DNA of 59,500 nucleotides, counting the filler. It is 2 parts of 2 records of this genome, joined end to end, with 100 filler letters (N's around TTAATTAATTAA, not from the genome) between each part and the next. Parts side by side here need not be neighbours in the genome. Positions count along the whole stretch, not along the records: positions 27,941 to 59,500 come from SRR20825006_2706; 1 more part is not named here. The stretch is one strand, 5' to 3'. A program made the translations under genes and the position numbers. Below the pieces are notes generated by a model that made no database searches, was not told where the DNA came from, and saw only the letters and a program-made list of their open reading frames with translations. Below are positions 54,403 to 59,500 of the stretch, piece by piece; position 1 is the first letter of the stretch; each line of letters opens with the position of its first letter.

Positions 54403-55941
54403 TTAAATAATACAGAATCCGGTTTCATCAGTAAGCAACTCTCCCGGATTTCTCCAGCCATTGCTATCTTCGATCAAATCATCAGAATTCTTAGGGCCCC
54501 AAGTTCCGGCAGGATAACCGTAAGTTGGTACATCTTTATCATTTGCCCAATATTCTAGAATAGGATCAACAAATGCCCAAGCCGCCTCAACCTCATCGGC
54601 ACGTGCATAAAGGGTTGTATCTCCTTGCATCGCATCCAGCAATAGACGCTCGTAAGCATCCATAATATTTTTGTCGGCAAGACTGCTGTAGTAAAAGTCC
54701 ATATTCGCGCGCTCTACTTTGAAGCCTTGACCCGGAACTTTTACACCAAATTTGATTAAAATACCTTCATCTGGCTGAATACGAATCACCAGTTTATTGT
54801 CTTTATTATTGATGTCCTGTTCTTTAAATACTTGGTGATGCGGCGTTTTAAAATGAATTACCACTTCGGTAACCTTAGTTGGCATACGCTTAGCGGTACG
54901 CACATAAAATGGAACATCTTTCCAACGCCAGTTATCTACAAAGAATTTGATCGCTGCATAGGTTTCGGTTTTAGAATCAGGGTCTACTCCTTCTTCTTCA
55001 CGATAGCCTTTTACGCGTTTGCCATCAATGCTAGAAGCAACATATTGTCCTTTCATCGTGTGATCAAAAAGCGTTTGTGTATCGGTCATTCTACGTATAG
55101 ACTTCAGCGCTTTTACCTTTTCGTTATGGATCTCGTCAGCGTCAGCGCTTATGGGTGGTTCCATTACTATTAACGAAACAATCTGCAGCAAGTGACTCTG
55201 AAACATATCACGTAAAGCTCCAGACTTGTCGTAGTAGCCTCCGCGCTTTTCTACACCTACAGTTTCAGCATTGGTGATCTCTACGTGGTGAATGTAATTA
55301 CGGTTCCAAAGCGGTTCAAAAATAGAGTTTGAAAAACGGGTAACCATTAAGTTTTGTACGGTTTCTTTACCTAAGTAATGGTCTATTCTGTAAATCTGCT
55401 TTTCTTTAAAATATTTCTGCAACCCGGCATTAAGCTCTTTAGCAGTCTCTAGACTGTAACCAAAAGGTTTCTCAACAATGATACGTCTAAATCCTTTATC
55501 AGTCCCTGAACCTTTTGTTAACCCTTGGTCAGAAAGGTTCTTTGAGATGGGCTCAAATAAGCTAGGTGGCGTAGAAAGGTAAAAAGAATAATTACCATCA
55601 AGACCGTGGTCCTCGTTTAGTGAGGTAATACGTTTGTTGAGTTTGCTGTATTCAGAATCATAATCATCGCCTAGATCTGAATAAAACATCATGTCTGCAA
55701 ATTTCTTGATGAACTCGTCATCTTTCTTTTTGAGTTTATCTTTTAAAAACGGACTCTCGTAAACAACGCGTTTTCTAAATTCTTCATCACTCATATCACT
55801 CCTACTCGCTCCTAGCACTGCAAAATTTTCGGGAAAATGTCCTCCCTCATATAAGTTGTACAAAGCAGGAATAAGTTTACGGGCAGTTAGATCTCCAGAA
55901 GCTCCAAAAATGACCAGGAGCTGATTAGATGTTTTATTCAT
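54403..55941 (-). CDS. zwf: Glucose-6-phosphate 1-dehydrogenase
   Basis: FGASGDL, VEKPFG, RIDHYLGKE, RDMFQSH, WRWKDVPFY. Confidence 0.98.
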   Translation of the reverse strand: MNKTSNQLLVIFGASGDLTARKLIPALYNLYEGGHFPENFAVLGASRSDMSDEEFRKRVVYESPFLKDKLKKKDDEFIKKFADMMFYSDLGDDYDSEYSKLNKRITSLNEDHGLDGNYSFYLSTPPSLFEPISKNLSDQGLTKGSGTDKGFRRIIVEKPFGYSLETAKELNAGLQKYFKEKQIYRIDHYLGKETVQNLMVTRFSNSIFEPLWNRNYIHHVEITNAETVGVEKRGGYYDKSGALRDMFQSHLLQIVSLIVMEPPISADADEIHNEKVKALKSIRRMTDTQTLFDHTMKGQYVASSIDGKRVKGYREEEGVDPDSKTETYAAIKFFVDNWRWKDVPFYVRTAKRMPTKVTEVVIHFKTPHHQVFKEQDINNKDNKLVIRIQPDEGILIKFGVKVPGQGFKVERANMDFYYSSLADKNIMDAYERLLLDAMQGDTTLYARADEVEAAWAFVDPILEYWANDKDVPTYGYPAGTWGPKNSDDLIEDSNGWRNPGELLTDETGFCII

Positions 55942-56145
55942 AAGAATAATTATTTTTCTATTTTTTGATTCGTTAGGTGGTTATTTACAATTATAACATG
56001 AGTTTATAGAATAAAGGGGTAAAAAGTCAATGTTATCATTTAATTTTGACCATAACCAATACAAAAATAAGGCATCTTGACGGCACACAGGGGTCTTTAT
56101 AAAAACATTATGGTGTCAAATTAAAAAGAACAATAACTAATTATT

Positions 56146-57558
56146 ATGGAGCATAAAAATTATGATTTTGGACTGGTAGGTCTGGGCGTAATGGGGCGTA
56201 ACTTTATTTTAAACGTCGCAGACAACGATTTTAAGGCCTTTGGTTACGATTTAGATCAGGAAAAAGTAGATGCCCTAAAAAAAGAAGGTGGAGACCTAAA
56301 CAAGGTTGATGCTTCTACCGAAATCGAAACTTTTGTAGAGGCGCTTGCCGCTCCCCGCAAAATCATGTTGCTTGTACCTGCCGGTAAAATCGTTGATCAA
56401 GTGATTGAAACGCTTTTACCTCACCTAGACCAGGGTGATATTATCATAGATGGTGGAAACTCATTCTTTACCGATACAGACCGTCGTGAAGCTTATTTAA
56501 AAGAAAAAGGAATTAATTTCTTTGGAGCCGGAGTTAGCGGTGGTGCCGAAGGTGCTCGTAAAGGCCCAAGTATTATGCCCGGGGGAAACGCAGAAGCATA
56601 TACCCATATCAAACCTATATTTGAAGCGGTTTCGGCTAAATTTAATGGTGAACCCTGTGTGGCGCATTTAGGTCCTAAATCTGCCGGAAACTATGTAAAA
56701 ATGGTTCATAATGGTATCGAGTATGGTCTGATGCAGTTGACCTCTGAGATTTATGATCTTTTGAAAAAATCTGTTGGTCTTGATAATGACGAATTGCATC
56801 AAGTTTATGACCTATGGAATAAAGGACGCTTGCAATCTTTTTTAGTTGAAATTACCGCGGAAATTTTCAAGCAAGAAGATGATCTAGGTGACGGAAGATT
56901 AGTAGATATGATCCTCGACAAAGCCAAGCAAAAAGGTACCGGTAAATGGACCTCACAAAATGCAATGGACTTAGGAATTCCTGTTCCTACGATAGATGTT
57001 GCGGTGAGTATGCGTGAGATCTCAGCATTAAAAGAAGAGCGCATCGTTGCTGATAAATTATACAGCCGTCCAGAGCCAAAACCTATTGATAAAGACAAGA
57101 TCATAGCAATGGCTGAAGAGTCGCTGTATTTCTCTTTTATCATCGCCTATGCTCAAGGTTTACATCAATTGGCAGACGCTTCTAAAGAATACGAGTACGA
57201 TCTTGATATGTCTGTTATCGCTAAGATTTGGAGAGCAGGATGTATCATTCGCGCCGGATTGTTAGAAGATATTTCTCAAGCATATACTGCAGATAAAGAA
57301 TTGCCTAACCTATTATTAGCGCCATCTTTTGTAGAAAAAGTACAAGGCACTCTAGAATCAGTTCGTGAGACGGTAGCTTATGCAGCGCAAAGCGGAATTC
57401 CGGTTCCCGGTTTATCAAGTGCTTTAAATTATTTTGAAGCCTATACTTCAAGCCGACTTCCATTGAATGTGATTCAGGCGCAACGCGATAACTTTGGTTC
57501 ACATACCTATGAGCGTATCGACCGTTCAGGTATTTTCCATACAGAATGGGGAAAATAA
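56146..57558 (+). CDS. gnd: NADP-dependent 6-phosphogluconate dehydrogenase (decarboxylating)
   Basis: GLGVMG, IDGGNS, GVSGGAEGA, VKMVHNGIEYG, QKGTGKWT, WRAGCIIR, QAQRDNFGSHTYER. Confidence 0.98.
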   Translation: MEHKNYDFGLVGLGVMGRNFILNVADNDFKAFGYDLDQEKVDALKKEGGDLNKVDASTEIETFVEALAAPRKIMLLVPAGKIVDQVIETLLPHLDQGDIIIDGGNSFFTDTDRREAYLKEKGINFFGAGVSGGAEGARKGPSIMPGGNAEAYTHIKPIFEAVSAKFNGEPCVAHLGPKSAGNYVKMVHNGIEYGLMQLTSEIYDLLKKSVGLDNDELHQVYDLWNKGRLQSFLVEITAEIFKQEDDLGDGRLVDMILDKAKQKGTGKWTSQNAMDLGIPVPTIDVAVSMREISALKEERIVADKLYSRPEPKPIDKDKIIAMAEESLYFSFIIAYAQGLHQLADASKEYEYDLDMSVIAKIWRAGCIIRAGLLEDISQAYTADKELPNLLLAPSFVEKVQGTLESVRETVAYAAQSGIPVPGLSSALNYFEAYTSSRLPLNVIQAQRDNFGSHTYERIDRSGIFHTEWGK

Positions 57559-57577
57559 AACTTCTCTCCAATAGTAG

Positions 57578-57606
57578 AAAAGAGCCTTTAACTAGGCTCT
57601 TTTTTT
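57578..57606 (+). terminator. Intrinsic terminator after gnd
   Basis: AAAAGAGCCT-TTAACT-AGGCTCTTTT followed by further Ts. Confidence 0.85.
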
Positions 57607-57640
57607 ATTCCTATTTTTAAAGCATCACAACACCCTATTT

Positions 57641-59050
57641 ATGAAAAGAGCTTTACTTCCTCTACTTATTTTAATGTTACTTCTTAATTCCTGCGGAAAT
57701 CCTCCTCCACAATTTGATATTGCCATTCATAATGTGAACATTATCAACCTGCAAAATGGAAAAGTTGCACAAGATCAATCAGTTTTTATTGCGGGTGATA
57801 CGATTCACTCTATTGTAAACAGTCGAGATTTGATGACCAGTGCAGCCAAGCAGCAAATTGACGGAAGCGGTAAATACCTGATGACTGGTCTTTGGGATAA
57901 TCACGTGCATTTTAGAGGTGGTGCTGATCTAATTGAAGAAAATAAAGATTTACTGAAACTTTTTATCGCAAACGGAATCACCACCGTACGTGATGCCGGC
58001 GGCGATTTAACTACCGCGGTTCAAAAGTGGCAAAAGGAAATTGCAGAAAATACGCTTGTGGGACCAACCATCTACACCAGCGGACCAAAAATTGATGGCC
58101 CCGGCGCAACTTGGGCAGGTTCGCTTGAGGTGGAAAATGATGAAGACATCGAGCAGGCGCTAGATAGTCTACAGGAATTGAACGTGGATTTTGTCAAAAT
58201 CTATGACAGTAAGATTTCCGGAGCGAATTATTTAAATGTAATTGCCGCAGCCGAAAAACGCCAGATGATCACAAGTGGTCATATGCCGTATTCAGTTACG
58301 GTTGATGAAACAACAAGTGCAGGAATCGATGCGATTGAACATTTGTATTATGTTTTAAAAGGTTGTTCTTCTGATGAACATGCCATCACCGAAGCGGTAA
58401 AGAATGAGGAAGCCGGCTTTTGGACCTCCCTAGATCGTGTGAAGCAAACCTATTCAGATTCGGTTGCGACGCAAACTTTTAATAAACTTAAAGAACGCAA
58501 TGTTTTTGTGGTTCCTACCCTTCATATTGGTCACACGCTTAGCTATCTAGACGAAATAGATCATATGCAAGATGACTATTTAAAATACATAGGCAACGGA
58601 ATTCAAAAAACCTATGCAGGTCGCATTAACAGCGCAAAAAATGCTTCACCGGAGTTTGTGGTTATGCGTAAAAATCTAGATTCGGCATTTGTAAAACTTG
58701 CGGGTACTTTAGCAGATAACAGAGTGGGATTACTTGCCGGTTCAGACAGTGGTGCGTTCAACTCCTACACGTATCCCGGGATTTCACTACATAAAGAATT
58801 ACAAGCTTTGGTAGATGCAGGCTTATCTCCGCTTGAAGCTTTACAAACCTCATCGCAAAATGGAGCCATTTTTCTCAAAAAGCAACTGCCACAAATCAAT
58901 GCAGGTGCGCGGGCTGATTTGCTGTTGCTTAATGCTAATCCGTTGAAAAATATTGAAAATACCCAAGATATCTTTATGGTAGTTAAGAATGGAAAAACCT
59001 TTGACAGTAACCAATTATCAGAGCTGCTAAATTCAACCGTCAAAAATTGA
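57641..59050 (+). CDS. Amidohydrolase superfamily lipoprotein
   Basis: GLWDNHVH metal motif, GITTVRDAGG, VDFVKIY, IEH, LAGSD, ADLLLLNANPL; lipobox LNSC. Confidence 0.9.
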   Translation: MKRALLPLLILMLLLNSCGNPPPQFDIAIHNVNIINLQNGKVAQDQSVFIAGDTIHSIVNSRDLMTSAAKQQIDGSGKYLMTGLWDNHVHFRGGADLIEENKDLLKLFIANGITTVRDAGGDLTTAVQKWQKEIAENTLVGPTIYTSGPKIDGPGATWAGSLEVENDEDIEQALDSLQELNVDFVKIYDSKISGANYLNVIAAAEKRQMITSGHMPYSVTVDETTSAGIDAIEHLYYVLKGCSSDEHAITEAVKNEEAGFWTSLDRVKQTYSDSVATQTFNKLKERNVFVVPTLHIGHTLSYLDEIDHMQDDYLKYIGNGIQKTYAGRINSAKNASPEFVVMRKNLDSAFVKLAGTLADNRVGLLAGSDSGAFNSYTYPGISLHKELQALVDAGLSPLEALQTSSQNGAIFLKKQLPQINAGARADLLLLNANPLKNIENTQDIFMVVKNGKTFDSNQLSELLNSTVKN

Positions 59051-59182
59051 TAATTCTTTAAAATTTAGATCAAAAATTTCTAAGCACTAAATTTTAATTG
59101 CAGTAAAAGGATTTATCGTTGCATTTTATTAAAAAACTAAACCATATCCGTATTTTTAAGAATTACGAATAATTAATCTTCT

Positions 59183-59500
59183 ATGAATCTAAAAACTACT
59201 CTTGGCACACTTGCCCTTCTCGTGTGTTTCGCTTCCGCCCTGCGCGCTCAACAAGTAAAAGTCCCTGTTGATACTACAATTACTTCAACTCACAGTGTGA
59301 CCATAAAAGGTCAGAATATCCCCTATAAGGCAGAGCTTGGTTTTCAACCGGTTTGGGACAATTCCGGGAATCCTGTGGCTACTCTAAATTATACCTATTA
59401 CACCAGAACCGATGTAAAAGACAATCAAACGCGCCCGTTGCTGATCAGTTTTAATGGTGGTCCGGGTTCTGCTTCGGTTTGGATGCACATTGCATATACC
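59183..59500 (+). CDS. S10 family serine carboxypeptidase (3'-truncated by window end)
   Basis: My translation: MNLKTTLGTLALLVCFASALRAQQ...RPLLISFNGGPGSASVWMHIAYT; FNGGPG is the S10 signature; absent from the ORF track because no stop is in the window. Confidence 0.88.
   Translation, partial: MNLKTTLGTLALLVCFASALRAQQVKVPVDTTITSTHSVTIKGQNIPYKAELGFQPVWDNSGNPVATLNYTYYTRTDVKDNQTRPLLISFNGGPGSASVWMHIAYT

Overview
The window is two unrelated contigs joined by an artificial 100-bp spacer (44 N + TTAATTAATTAA + 44 N, 27841-27940). The left part (1-27840) is a GC-rich alphaproteobacterial (Rhizobiales-like) chromosome segment. It carries dnaX-ybaB-lysE-recR, a GFA protein, arsR-arsC-acr3, a tiny membrane protein plus an atypical DsbB-family gene, an Ala/Gly symporter, an LLM oxidoreductase, rpsU, acetoacetate-CoA ligase, AsmA, a HI0933-type flavoprotein, a GS-like/PuuB-like pair, zwf-pgl-edd, a Tat-exported metallophosphoesterase, an Omp25/RopB porin and aglK/aglA. 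The right part (27941-59500) is an AT-rich Bacteroidota (Flavobacteriaceae-like) segment. It holds a polysaccharide utilization locus (two DUF2264/GH154-like, GH105, GH16, GH97, GH2, BNR GH145/PL42-like, HTCS, tandem GH43, SusC/SusD) resembling arabinogalactan-protein PULs, followed by mscS, a CDF transporter, pgl-zwf/gnd, an amidohydrolase and a partial S10 peptidase. The most interesting unexplained signals are: (1) a terminator-ended, GGA-motif-rich structured RNA with a perfect 23-nt repeat upstream of rpsU, resembling Csr/Rsm sponge sRNAs although CsrA is rare in Alphaproteobacteria; (2) an anti-Shine-Dalgarno-bearing 3'UTR RNA behind the porin; (3) a ~60-bp promoter architecture shared by the two main PUL operons (candidate HTCS operator); (4) the small-protein/DsbI-like pair. 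All family calls come from motif recognition, not database searches.
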